NCBI GenBank assembly: GCA_965248575.1
Contig: CBDFJQ010000002.1
Coordinates: 2,400,001-2,464,000, forward strand
Source of the DNA: Planctomycetota bacterium
GTDB lineage: Bacteria > Planctomycetota > B15-G4
Reading direction: 5' to 3'
DNA length: 64,000 bases
The notes under the pieces are model-generated. The model did not search any database. It saw nothing but the letters and a program-made list of their open reading frames with translations, and was not told the DNA's origin. Below, piece by piece: positions 48,635-57,503 of this stretch (the stretch's first letter is position 1; each line of letters starts with the position of its first letter). The translations under genes were made by a program, and so were the position numbers.

Positions 48635-49726
48635 TTAAGGAGTCGTTGCCTTCAGGGCATTGGACATCGTGATGAGTGCTGGGACCGAGGCATCGTCCAC
48701 GAAGAACTGGAAGAATGCATTGGTACCCATGGGTACGCCCGGGGGCCATGATGCCGCAGCACTGAAGTTTCCAGCCGCGTTCGAGAAGAAGAACAACTGG
48801 GAGCTGAAGGGGAACGCGTGCACCGTGCCGCCAAGCGCGGGGAACGGAGGGCCCGGGTTGAGGGCGATCCACACGAGCATGAGAGCGCTGGGTGCAGCAC
48901 CTGTCACGCCCACGGGGTTGAAGGTGCCCACGGTCAGCGGGCCGCTACCGGTCGCCACGACGGGGCCGTTGATGCCGCTCGTGCCTCCACCAAGGTCTTC
49001 CCAGGTTCCCGCATCCGTGGTGCATGCCCGGATCACCCAGTTGCCCGCATAGAAAGTGGGGCAGATGGGCTGGAAGGTTGCGAACCACCAATCGGCAGGA
49101 TCCACCCAACCGGTGTTGCGCTCATCGAGCAAGCTCTTGCCCGGATCACAGAAACCGGGGCCGTCGGTCAGGAAGTTCGCGTCCGAACCCACACCAGCTG
49201 ACGGGCAACCGGGGAAGGACACATTCGAGACCATGCGGAAGGCCACAACGAAGTTGTCTTCCACCACGATGTTGTATTGCGAGAGGTCGAAGGAGGACAC
49301 ACCCACGGAGGTCACATTGAACGAGGTGCCCGTGTCGACCATGAGATCAAAGATCTTGGGGGGCATGCTCACGGTGCTCGTGGGATTGAACCCCACCGTG
49401 CCCTGGTAGATTTCGATGTTCAGGATGGCCTGGAAGGTAGTGTTCATGTTGATGTGGCCGTACCCGATGCTCACCTGCTTCAGGTACTGCGGCGCCTGGC
49501 CGGGGGCCAGCTGGAAGTAACTTCCGGCGGCCTCGCCTGTGCACAGCGGCGTGATGACGGCGGAGCCCACGGGGACGCTGCCCACCGGCACATCGGCGAT
49601 GGTGTCGTGCTTCCAGAATGTGTCGTTCGACGGATCGGGACAAAGCTGGGCAGTCGCTGCAGATGCCATCAGGGCTGCGGATGCAGCGAGGCAAACCAGG
49701 CTTCGGGCGAGGTGGATGGTGCGCAT
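48635..49726 (-). CDS. Secreted hypothetical protein with Cys-containing beta domain and a distinct ~120-aa C-terminal domain
   Basis: Signal peptide MRTIHLARSLVCLAASAALMASAATA|Q; 'NWVIRA' ends the beta domain; C-terminal domain 'WEDLGGG...QFFVDD...SNALKATTP'. Confidence 0.8.
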   Translation of the reverse strand: MRTIHLARSLVCLAASAALMASAATAQLCPDPSNDTFWKHDTIADVPVGSVPVGSAVITPLCTGEAAGSYFQLAPGQAPQYLKQVSIGYGHINMNTTFQAILNIEIYQGTVGFNPTSTVSMPPKIFDLMVDTGTSFNVTSVGVSSFDLSQYNIVVEDNFVVAFRMVSNVSFPGCPSAGVGSDANFLTDGPGFCDPGKSLLDERNTGWVDPADWWFATFQPICPTFYAGNWVIRACTTDAGTWEDLGGGTSGINGPVVATGSGPLTVGTFNPVGVTGAAPSALMLVWIALNPGPPFPALGGTVHAFPFSSQLFFFSNAAGNFSAAASWPPGVPMGTNAFFQFFVDDASVPALITMSNALKATTP

Positions 49727-49768
49727 TCGAGAAGGCTCCGCGAGAGGGTCCGGGGAGGAGACAAGACC

Positions 49769-49781
49769 GGGGGGGGGGGGG
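49769..49781. repeat. G13 homopolymer tract
   Basis: 13 consecutive G (C13 on the coding strand), about 43 bp upstream of the ATG at 49726. Confidence 0.85.
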
Positions 49782-50126
49782 AATGAGTCAGGCTAACAGA
49801 GAGTTTCGAAACCGGCGGTGGACCGACGCAGCGGACAGCTGAAGAAATCATGACGTAGCTGTGAAGCGGCGGGAGTCTGGCCCGATGATCTCCCTCGGTG
49901 GTCGACTGAGCGATTCGGCGAGCCCAGCGAGCACCGGGGCGTTTAGGCCTCCGATCTTCACCAGCAACACGGTCGCCGGGAATTGCTGGTCCGGATGGAT
50001 TCTAGGGGCTTGAGTCGCCTCCCCCTTCCCCCCTCCCGCCCCAACGAGCGCGACCCGCAGCAACGGCGGCCGGCCGGAGCCGGGTGCCGTCACCGCGGGT
50101 CGCGGCCGTGTCGGTGCTGGCAGCGC

Positions 50127-50603
50127 CTACTTCACGCGCTTGTACTGACCACGTCCGACCTTCTTGAAGCGTGCATCCTTCGAAAGGGTGGTGGCCACCT
50201 GGATTCCGAACGTCTTGCTGACGGTCTTGTAGCCACTGGCCTTCACGACCCTCGCTGCATCCTTCGGGCTGGTGACCTTGCCCACCTTCACCACTTTGGC
50301 GATGGCGTCGGGGAGGGTCAGCTTGTTCTTGCGCCGACCACGGGGGGCACCCTTCTTGGCCTTGCCGGCCTTCGCAGCCACCTTGCGGGGTCTGCCAGGG
50401 CCGCGCTTCTTGGCCGTGGACTTGCGCGCAACCTTGCGGCCGGTCGCCCGCGCACCACTTCCACGAAGCCCAGCAATCTCCTTCTCCACAGCAGCCAGGT
50501 CGCTCAACAAGCCCTTGTGCTTGGCCTCGAGGTTCGAGAGCGCCTTCTGGCGACGGGAGAGTTCGCGCTCAAGATCAGCGATCGAGAGGTTCTTAACAGC
50601 CAT
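50127..50603 (-). CDS. Basic putative nucleoid-associated protein (coiled coil + K/R-rich AT-hook-like linker + winged-helix-like C-terminus)
   Basis: 158 aa from ATG 50603 (RBS AGGA). Heptads 'LERELSRRQKALSNLEAKHKGLLSDLAAVEKEI', linker 'KKRGPGRPRK' and 'PRGRRK', C-terminal 'VATTLSKDARFKKVGRGQY'. Confidence 0.8.
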   Translation of the reverse strand: MAVKNLSIADLERELSRRQKALSNLEAKHKGLLSDLAAVEKEIAGLRGSGARATGRKVARKSTAKKRGPGRPRKVAAKAGKAKKGAPRGRRKNKLTLPDAIAKVVKVGKVTSPKDAARVVKASGYKTVSKTFGIQVATTLSKDARFKKVGRGQYKRVK

Positions 50604-51236
50604 GTGTTGTGTCCTGAGTAGAGGAATTGAGGGGATCCGTATTGAAGGCACTTTCCGGTCCACGATCAATACATGATAGGGGAAGAAACTCCTACGTTCT
50701 CCTGCTCCTGGGTCAATTGACTGTCCGAGGTCATGTTTGCAGGCGAGAGGTTTGACATGACGATCTCGTTCAAGGAACAAACACACAGCGAACGCCGCCA
50801 TGAGTTGGTCCGAGGTCGTCCATACCGACCCTCCCGGAGGCGTCGGGGCCACTCACAAGAGCGTGGAGTCACCGACCACGATCGGCGAAACAACCAGTGC
50901 AGTGGCGCCACTCGCAAGAACAGCTCTGCGTCACGACGAGTTCCTAATAAGAATGGTGCTGTTAGAGTGTTCGTGAACGGGAACGAATTGGGTTTGACGA
51001 TCCGGTACGTCAACACGCGAGCGCCACTTTCATAATTCAGGCGGTTGTCGATGGCGCTTCGGCAGACATCCGCGAGTCGGTGTTGCGGGGAGAGCTGTTG
51101 GGCCTGCGCCTGCGAGGCGTCGAGACGTGACTCCAGTGCCCCCGTTCGAATTCCGGCGAGGTGCTGGAAACTTTGCGGGGAAAAGGTGCGGAAGCTTCCC
51201 CCCTTCCCAGATGGCCCGCATGCCGCAGGCTGCTTG

Positions 51237-51400
51237 GCCTTCGTGGTAGCCAATCCCTGGGTCGATCCGAGCCAGCTGGCACTGTTCCCGACCGAGTTCA
51301 CGTTCCAGCCCTAGCTGTACCCGGGCTGGTTGAACCAGATCCACTACACCGTCACCCGCTATGACGCGACGGGCTTGGCACGGTGGTCGACCCCACTCCA
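51237..51400 (+). pseudogene. Possible gene remnant with in-frame TAG
   Basis: Coding-like frame AFVVANPWVDPSQLALFPTEFTFQP*LYPGWLNQIHYTVTRYDATGLARWSTPL (TAG 51312-51314). 'YTVTRYDATG..RW' resembles beta-propeller repeats. Confidence 0.3.
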
Positions 51401-51570
51401 TAGGACCGGGCAGCGGTCACTGAATCGGCCGAAACATCTGGCGCCCGGAAGGGTTAGGGTCGAGCGGCACGGGGTTCAGCCCCGGCCCGACGGGCGGTCT
51501 CTTCCGCCGCCCGCCGAACCCACCGCCTTTGGCTATCAGAGGATTCCCTGGATGGTGTCACCCTGGATTC

Positions 51571-52986
51571 ATGACTGACGACGCCTGGACGTCCGAACGT
51601 GCGGCCCACCTCGCGCGACGAGCAGGCTTCGGAGCGAAGCCCGACGAACTGGCTAGCCTCGTCGACATGGGCCGCGACGCAGCCATCGAGTACTTTCTCG
51701 ACTTCCCCCAGGAGGACGAGGCACTCCAGGCAGACATCCAGGATATCGGCGGAAGGCTCTCGGACATCGAGTTCGGTGCCGAATGGGTCGGCCCCGAGAG
51801 CATCTACGAGATCGCCGACAGCGTCCGCAGCTGGTGGCTCTACCGCATGGTGCAGGGCAGGCACCCGCTTCGCGAGAAGCTCACGCTCCTCTGGCATGAC
51901 CACTTCGCCTGCCAGCAGAGCAAGATCATCCGCCTGGACCAGTATCTCTTCCAGAACAAGACCTACCGTCGCCACGCCGCAGGCTCCTTCCGTGACCTCC
52001 TGCGGGAGGTTGCAGAAGACCCGGGCATGCTCATGTACCTGGACAACCGGCTCAACGAGAAGGCCAACCCCAACGAGAACTGGGGCCGTGAGTTGCTCGA
52101 GCTATTCACCCTCGGCGTCGACAAGGGCTACGTGCAGAAGGATGTCTGGGAGCTCTCGCGCGTCTTCACGGGTTGGACGACTCCCGACATCAACTCCGCC
52201 GAGTTCGTGTTTGATGCGAACACCCACGACGAGACGGACAAGCAGGTGCTGGGCAGCACGATTCGCGGCCGTTCAGGGGCCGAAGGCGTCGAGGAGGGGC
52301 AAGAAGCCCTCGACCTCATCCTCGCCCGCCCGGAGTGCGCGCCCTTCATCGCCTCCAAGCTCTTGAGTTGGTTCGTCGCCCATGAGCCGCCGCACGAGCA
52401 GGTGCAGGCCTTCGGCAACATCCTGCGCACGAACGACTACTCCATTCGGGAGATGCTGCGCGCCCTCTTCCGTTCCGACTGGTTCTACGCCGAAGAGAAC
52501 CGGCTGACGGCCTTCAGGAATCCTGTCGATTTCGTGGTGTCCGCGGCGCGGCTGCTCGGCATCCAGAATGCGCACACCTTCGCATTCCACGAACACACCC
52601 GGCTGATGGGAATGAATCTCTTCGAACCTCCGTCAGTCGCTGGCTGGCAACACGGCGCCACCTGGGTCAACTCGGCCTCCACGGTGCACCGCTACAACTT
52701 CGCCCTGGAGCTCTCCAACCTCTCCCACAGCTCGCGCAGCGTCTCGGGGCGCACGGCGTTCGATCTCGACGAGCTCGGTGCCCACGACACGCACGAATCC
52801 CTGGTGGACGCGGTCGCCGAGCGCTTGCTCCAGCGTCCGCTCGCCCAGCGGGACGCCGTGGTGGCATGCCTCGACGAAACGGCTGGGCTGCTCTCCCCCG
52901 AGCTGTCGGAGCGCTCGCGCCGAAGAGCGCTGACGCGCACCACGATCCACCTGATGCTGACCACCCCGGAGTTCACGCTCGCCTGA
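51571..52986 (+). CDS. DUF1800 family protein
   Basis: 'AAHLARRAGFG', 'WWLYRM', 'LREKLTLLWHDHFA', 'YLDN', 'PNENWGRELLELFTLG', 'FEPPSVAGW'. Confidence 0.93.
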   Translation: MTDDAWTSERAAHLARRAGFGAKPDELASLVDMGRDAAIEYFLDFPQEDEALQADIQDIGGRLSDIEFGAEWVGPESIYEIADSVRSWWLYRMVQGRHPLREKLTLLWHDHFACQQSKIIRLDQYLFQNKTYRRHAAGSFRDLLREVAEDPGMLMYLDNRLNEKANPNENWGRELLELFTLGVDKGYVQKDVWELSRVFTGWTTPDINSAEFVFDANTHDETDKQVLGSTIRGRSGAEGVEEGQEALDLILARPECAPFIASKLLSWFVAHEPPHEQVQAFGNILRTNDYSIREMLRALFRSDWFYAEENRLTAFRNPVDFVVSAARLLGIQNAHTFAFHEHTRLMGMNLFEPPSVAGWQHGATWVNSASTVHRYNFALELSNLSHSSRSVSGRTAFDLDELGAHDTHESLVDAVAERLLQRPLAQRDAVVACLDETAGLLSPELSERSRRRALTRTTIHLMLTTPEFTLA

Positions 52987-52996
52987 GCCGAGACCC

Positions 52997-54265
52997 ATGG
53001 CAAAGCTCACCCGACGACAGTTCTTGCGTTCGACGCTCGGCACCGCCGCCGCGCTGACGCCCACGCTGCTCACCACGGCACGTGCGGCCCCATCGTGGCT
53101 GATGGACGCTGCCCAGGACGCCGAGGCCTCTCAGCGCGTTCTCGTCGTGATCCAGCTGGCGGGCGGGAACGACGGCCTGTCCACCGTCACGCCGTGGGAG
53201 GACGACCTCTATTACCGCGGACGGGCGACGATCGGCATCCCCAAGCACAAGCTCATTCGCCTGGACGATCACAACGGCTTCCACCCGAACCTGTCCCGTC
53301 TCGCAACTCGCTTTGAGCATGGCCAAGTGGGTATCCATCAAGCGGTGGGCTACCCGGACCCGAACCTCTCCCACTTCCGAAGCCAAGACATCTGGGATTC
53401 GGCCTCGACGGCGGGGACCCTCCCCGCCACGGGTTGGATGGGTGAACTCAACGACCAGCTCGGCACCCGGGACGCCATGGCCATGATTGCCGTGGGGCGG
53501 GACTCCATGCCCCTCGCGTTGCGCGCCGAGCAAGGTGTGGCCTGTGTCGTCCCGAACCTCGCCAGCTACCGCATCCAGAACGCGCCCAAGGGCAGCAGCA
53601 GTGCCGAAGCGGACGCGCGTGCCCGGGCCATCGCGGCCCTGAACGGCGGAGCTCCCATGTCGGGGACGGGCGATGAGCGGCAGCGGGTCACGAAGGCCTA
53701 CACCGCCGCCACCACCTCCATCGCCGAGCTGGGCCACGTCCAGGGCTTCGAGACCCGCAACTCGTTCCCCGACCACAAGCTGGGGGCCGACCTGCGTCTC
53801 ATCGCGCGTGCGCTCGGGGCAGGCCTGCCCACGCGCTTCTTCTATGTCACCCACGATGGCTTCGACACCCACACCGATCAGGTCGGCATGCAAGGCCGTC
53901 TTCTGGGACGCCTGGACGGAGCCGTGGACGCCTTCCTGCGCGAGATGGGGGCCCAAGGGCGCCTGGACGAGGTGCTCGTCATGTGCGTCTCGGAGTTCGG
54001 GCGCCGCGTGGAGGAATGCGGCGTCGGCGACACCGCCGGGTCGGATCACGGCGCGGCCAACTCCATGATGTTCTTCGGTGGAAAGGTCAACCCGGGCCTG
54101 CACGGCCCGCAGCCGGATCTCGAACACCTCGATGAAGATGGGAACCTCGCCATGCGCGTCGACTTCCGCCAGGCCTACACCACGGTTATCCGGGACTGGA
54201 TGGGCGGCGACCCAGAGGCCATTCTCGGCCCTGACTTTCCAGCCCTGAAGGTGCTCGCCTCATGA
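52997..54265 (+). CDS. DUF1501 domain protein with Tat signal (DUF1800-associated type)
   Basis: 'LTRRQFLR', 'LVVIQLAGGNDGLSTV', 'GYPDPNLSHFRSQDIW', 'GFDTH', 'SEFGRRV', 'GSDHG', 'VDFRQAY'. Confidence 0.93.
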   Translation: MAKLTRRQFLRSTLGTAAALTPTLLTTARAAPSWLMDAAQDAEASQRVLVVIQLAGGNDGLSTVTPWEDDLYYRGRATIGIPKHKLIRLDDHNGFHPNLSRLATRFEHGQVGIHQAVGYPDPNLSHFRSQDIWDSASTAGTLPATGWMGELNDQLGTRDAMAMIAVGRDSMPLALRAEQGVACVVPNLASYRIQNAPKGSSSAEADARARAIAALNGGAPMSGTGDERQRVTKAYTAATTSIAELGHVQGFETRNSFPDHKLGADLRLIARALGAGLPTRFFYVTHDGFDTHTDQVGMQGRLLGRLDGAVDAFLREMGAQGRLDEVLVMCVSEFGRRVEECGVGDTAGSDHGAANSMMFFGGKVNPGLHGPQPDLEHLDEDGNLAMRVDFRQAYTTVIRDWMGGDPEAILGPDFPALKVLAS

Positions 54266-55551
54266 GCCTGCCAACCGCCCTCGCGTCCACTGCGCTGCTC
54301 CTGTCTGCGCTGCTGCCCCAGGACGCGAGCCAGCACCACGAGACTCGCCCCGTTCATCACGCCGACCCCCGCCCGGCCCTGGCGGAGGTTCCCGTTCCGC
54401 CCGGCATGGTCCAACCTCGAAAAGGAGAGGGAGCGGCGCCATTCCCCGGCGTACTACCGCGCAACGGCGCCCAAGTGGCCCGTTTCACTGCGCAGGGACA
54501 ACGCACCGAGTACGCCTTCGAAGCCAGCGCAGGGGAACTGTCGCTGTTCGACTTCGCCACCTGGGGCTACGCCCGCTCCTGGCACTCCACGGCCCAGATT
54601 CAGATCGTGGACCCCGAAGGCAAGCCGCTGCTCGCCACCCAGCGCTCCGGAGAGACGGCCTATCGCAAGTTCTTGCCCTTCGTCGCGCCGCGGGATGGCC
54701 GCTATCGCCTGCGCCTCAAGGCCTTGGACGAGTTCTTCCGCTACACCCTGATCCGGCACTCCGACTACGAACTCGCCGGGGACGACCCCGCCCCCTTTGC
54801 AGGGCGGACAGAGGTGCACGGTTTCCTGGCAACACCCGACGACACCTGCCGCTACACCGTGGAGCTCGAGTCGGGTCAGGAAGTGGCCTTGCGCGTCTCA
54901 AACGATCATCCCATGGCTCGGCGCCAGAAGCAGAACCAACGGCGCCGCGCGCAGGATGAAGCAGCGATTCTGGTGGCCGGATCCGAGCCGCCCCCTGAAC
55001 GTGGCTCAGACCGCGCTGCGGGTGCACGAGGCGCAACACCTCGGGCTTCAGCTACGCCACGGGGCGGACGCGCTGAAGCTGGAGAGAAGCCGGAGGGGCA
55101 CGACGCACCAACCCTCGACTTCCCCGACTTCCTCTTCGCGGTCTCTCGGCAGGGGACCGTGGTGACCGAACCCTCCTTCTTCGCGACGTTCACGCCCGAA
55201 CACAGCGGCACCTATCAGATCGACGTCTCGGCCTCCCATGTCGGCGAGGGTGGACTGTTCATCCTGGAGCTGGTCCGGGCTCCCGAGCGCGTGGAGATCA
55301 GCGGTTACGTCGGGGATTCCGAGGACGATCCAGTGCCTGGCATCGCCCTGACGTTCTTCCGGCAACCAGACTCTGACCCCATCGCTCATGCACAGAGCGA
55401 CGAAAACGGGGAGTTCCGCCTGGAACTCCTGAAGGGCACCTATCGAGTCCACTACGGGCCGGCCGACGGCGGACCCCGGGAGACCGTGCCTGCCAACATC
55501 CAACGCCCGCGGGAAGTGAACGTCGTGTGGGACCCGCCCTCCCGACATTGA
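54262..55551 (+). CDS. Secreted protein with PPC-like beta domains and C-terminal carboxypeptidase-regulatory-like domain
   Basis: Signal-like N-terminus; 'YAFEASAGE...APRDGRYRL', 'YTVELESGQEV...SGTYQIDV'; 'ISGYVGDSEDDPVPGI...SDENGEFRLELLKGTY'. ATG overlaps the upstream TGA. Confidence 0.7.
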   Translation: MSLPTALASTALLLSALLPQDASQHHETRPVHHADPRPALAEVPVPPGMVQPRKGEGAAPFPGVLPRNGAQVARFTAQGQRTEYAFEASAGELSLFDFATWGYARSWHSTAQIQIVDPEGKPLLATQRSGETAYRKFLPFVAPRDGRYRLRLKALDEFFRYTLIRHSDYELAGDDPAPFAGRTEVHGFLATPDDTCRYTVELESGQEVALRVSNDHPMARRQKQNQRRRAQDEAAILVAGSEPPPERGSDRAAGARGATPRASATPRGGRAEAGEKPEGHDAPTLDFPDFLFAVSRQGTVVTEPSFFATFTPEHSGTYQIDVSASHVGEGGLFILELVRAPERVEISGYVGDSEDDPVPGIALTFFRQPDSDPIAHAQSDENGEFRLELLKGTYRVHYGPADGGPRETVPANIQRPREVNVVWDPPSRH

Positions 55552-55579
55552 CCGGCGACCCACGTCGCTTACCTGGGAG

Positions 55580-57238
55580 TCACCAGGGCGCGGGCTTGTA
55601 GTCCTTCAGGAACTGTCCCCAGACGTGCTCGCCGGTTTCGATGCCCATGAAGACCGGGTCCAGGATCCGCGCCGCAGCATCGACGTGGTCGAGCGGCGGG
55701 TGGAAGCCGTGCTCCTCTTGTTTCTGCACGGTGATGTGGTGCGGGTCTTCGTCCGTGATCCAGCCGGTGTCCACGGCGTTCATGTGGATGCCGTCCCGCT
55801 GATAGTCTGGCGCCGAGGTGCGCGTGAGCATGTTCAGCGCCGCCTTGGCCATGTTGGTGTGCGGGTGTTTGTCCGTCTTGAAGGAGCGATAGAACTGCCC
55901 CTCCATGGCGGAGACGTTCACGATGTGCTTGTCGCGCCCGGGCGTACGCAGCATCAAGGGCTTCAGTCGAGCGTCGAGCACGAAGGGCGCGATGGCATTG
56001 ACCAACGTCACTTCCAGCAGCTCCACCGTGCTGACGGCCGCCAGGGGCAGACGCCAGCTGTTGATGTCGCGCAGGTCGACTTGCTGCAGGTCCGCGTCCA
56101 GCTTGCCGGCGGGGAACAGGCTCTCGCTGTCGTTCTCATCGCCCTCCACCAACGTCAGCTGGCTGAGCGCCGCGGAGAGAGTCAGGCCGCGCAGGGCTTG
56201 CGCAGACGCTGGCGCCGAGCCCTCGGTGGAGAGAGCCCTCCCGTCGGCCTCCGTCGTTGGCTTGGCAGTGCCCCCCGGAAGCGCACCCTGCGCCCGCAAG
56301 GCTTCAAAAGCTGAGAGCACGTCCTTCGCCCCGGGCGGCAACTCCGACAGGGGCTTCTGCTCGGCCTCCATGAGGTGGCCGTAGAAGCCGGGCGGACGCC
56401 GCACTGTCTGGCACGCATTGTTGACGATGACATCCAGGCGATCCTCGGCGCTCAAGATGTAGCGACACAGGGCCTCGACGCTCGGTGTGTGCCGCAGGTC
56501 GAGGCCGAAGACTGCGAGGCGCTCGTGCCAGCTGTCGAAGTCCGGCTCCGCGGCGTAGCGCGCCGCAGCGTCCCGTGGAAAGCGCGTGGTCACGATCAAG
56601 CGTGCACCCGCTCGCAAGAGCTTGATCCCCACCTGGTAGCCGATCTTGACGCGCCCACCTGTCAGCAACGCGACGCGGCCGCCAAGGTCGGCAGTGTGGC
56701 CACGCTTCTCCCAATTGAACGCCGCGCACCCGGAACACATGGCGTCATAGAATGAGTGCACGTCCAGGTAGTCCGCCTTGCAGATGTAGCAGCTCCGGGC
56801 CTCGATCAGCCGGCCCAAGGATTCCGCTGCGCCCGGGGATTCTGCTGCGCCCGGCGCAGGGCTCTCCTGCTCAAGGAAGCCCGGCTGGGCCGGCCCATCA
56901 CCCCGGGCTTCTGGCGTGGGATAGACCAGCTCCAAACGCTGGCTGCGAATCCCCGTCCGATCCAGGATCGCCTGATCCGCTTCCCGGCGCTCACCCAGCA
57001 GCTTCTTCTTGCGTGCCTTGCGATACAGCGAGCGCTCGAGCGCGTCTGGCCGCACAAGCTGTCCGCAGAGCTGAAGCAGCTGGTTCCGTTCAGGTTGCGA
57101 CAGCTGGGCCATCTTCGAGCGATCGGCGACGAGGGACTCCAGGGTCTCCAGCACCTGCGCCAACGATTCGGCAGGGGGCGCAGACGAGTCCGCGGAGGCA
57201 GCGGCTTCAGAAGCAGGAGAGAAGTCTGGGTCAGGCAC
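55580..57238 (-). CDS. Extended SDR oxidoreductase with N-terminal CxxC...CxxC zinc-ribbon-like region
   Basis: 'CYICK...CSGC', 'ALLTGGRVKIG', 'VNNACQT', 'NVSAMEG', 'HPHTNMAKAALNM', 'AVDTGW'. Start uncertain (GTG 57238). Confidence 0.88.
   Translation of the reverse strand: MPDPDFSPASEAAASADSSAPPAESLAQVLETLESLVADRSKMAQLSQPERNQLLQLCGQLVRPDALERSLYRKARKKKLLGERREADQAILDRTGIRSQRLELVYPTPEARGDGPAQPGFLEQESPAPGAAESPGAAESLGRLIEARSCYICKADYLDVHSFYDAMCSGCAAFNWEKRGHTADLGGRVALLTGGRVKIGYQVGIKLLRAGARLIVTTRFPRDAAARYAAEPDFDSWHERLAVFGLDLRHTPSVEALCRYILSAEDRLDVIVNNACQTVRRPPGFYGHLMEAEQKPLSELPPGAKDVLSAFEALRAQGALPGGTAKPTTEADGRALSTEGSAPASAQALRGLTLSAALSQLTLVEGDENDSESLFPAGKLDADLQQVDLRDINSWRLPLAAVSTVELLEVTLVNAIAPFVLDARLKPLMLRTPGRDKHIVNVSAMEGQFYRSFKTDKHPHTNMAKAALNMLTRTSAPDYQRDGIHMNAVDTGWITDEDPHHITVQKQEEHGFHPPLDHVDAAARILDPVFMGIETGEHVWGQFLKDYKPAPW
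56820..56855. repeat. 18-bp tandem duplication encoding PGAAES x2
   Basis: GATTCCGCTGCGCCCGGG / GATTCTGCTGCGCCCGGC in the linker of the SDR gene. Confidence 0.7.
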
Positions 57239-57503
57239 GCGCTGGAGCCGGAGGCCGGCGGGAGGGAGGAAGAGAAAGCGGCGGCAGTCTACCGGAGGCG
57301 ACGGGCCCCATGTGCCGTTGACTCGATTCCCGGGAACACGGTTCTGTGGACTTCGATCGCGCAGCCTGAATCCCCTTTCGTGGGCAGGGCTGGGAGCAGT
57401 CGTCTTCGGGGAGGTCTTTGAGTCTCCGAGGATCTTCCGGCCCACCTCGCGCCGACCCCTTGCTTGCTTCGATCATCCCCTCCCTGCCACGGAACCGCAC
57501 CCC

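Noticed and set aside
50604..50852. Upstream extension of the nucleoid-protein ORF to 50852, and ORF 50666-51301
   Set aside because: Atypical composition; an RBS and the coiled coil begin at ATG 50603.
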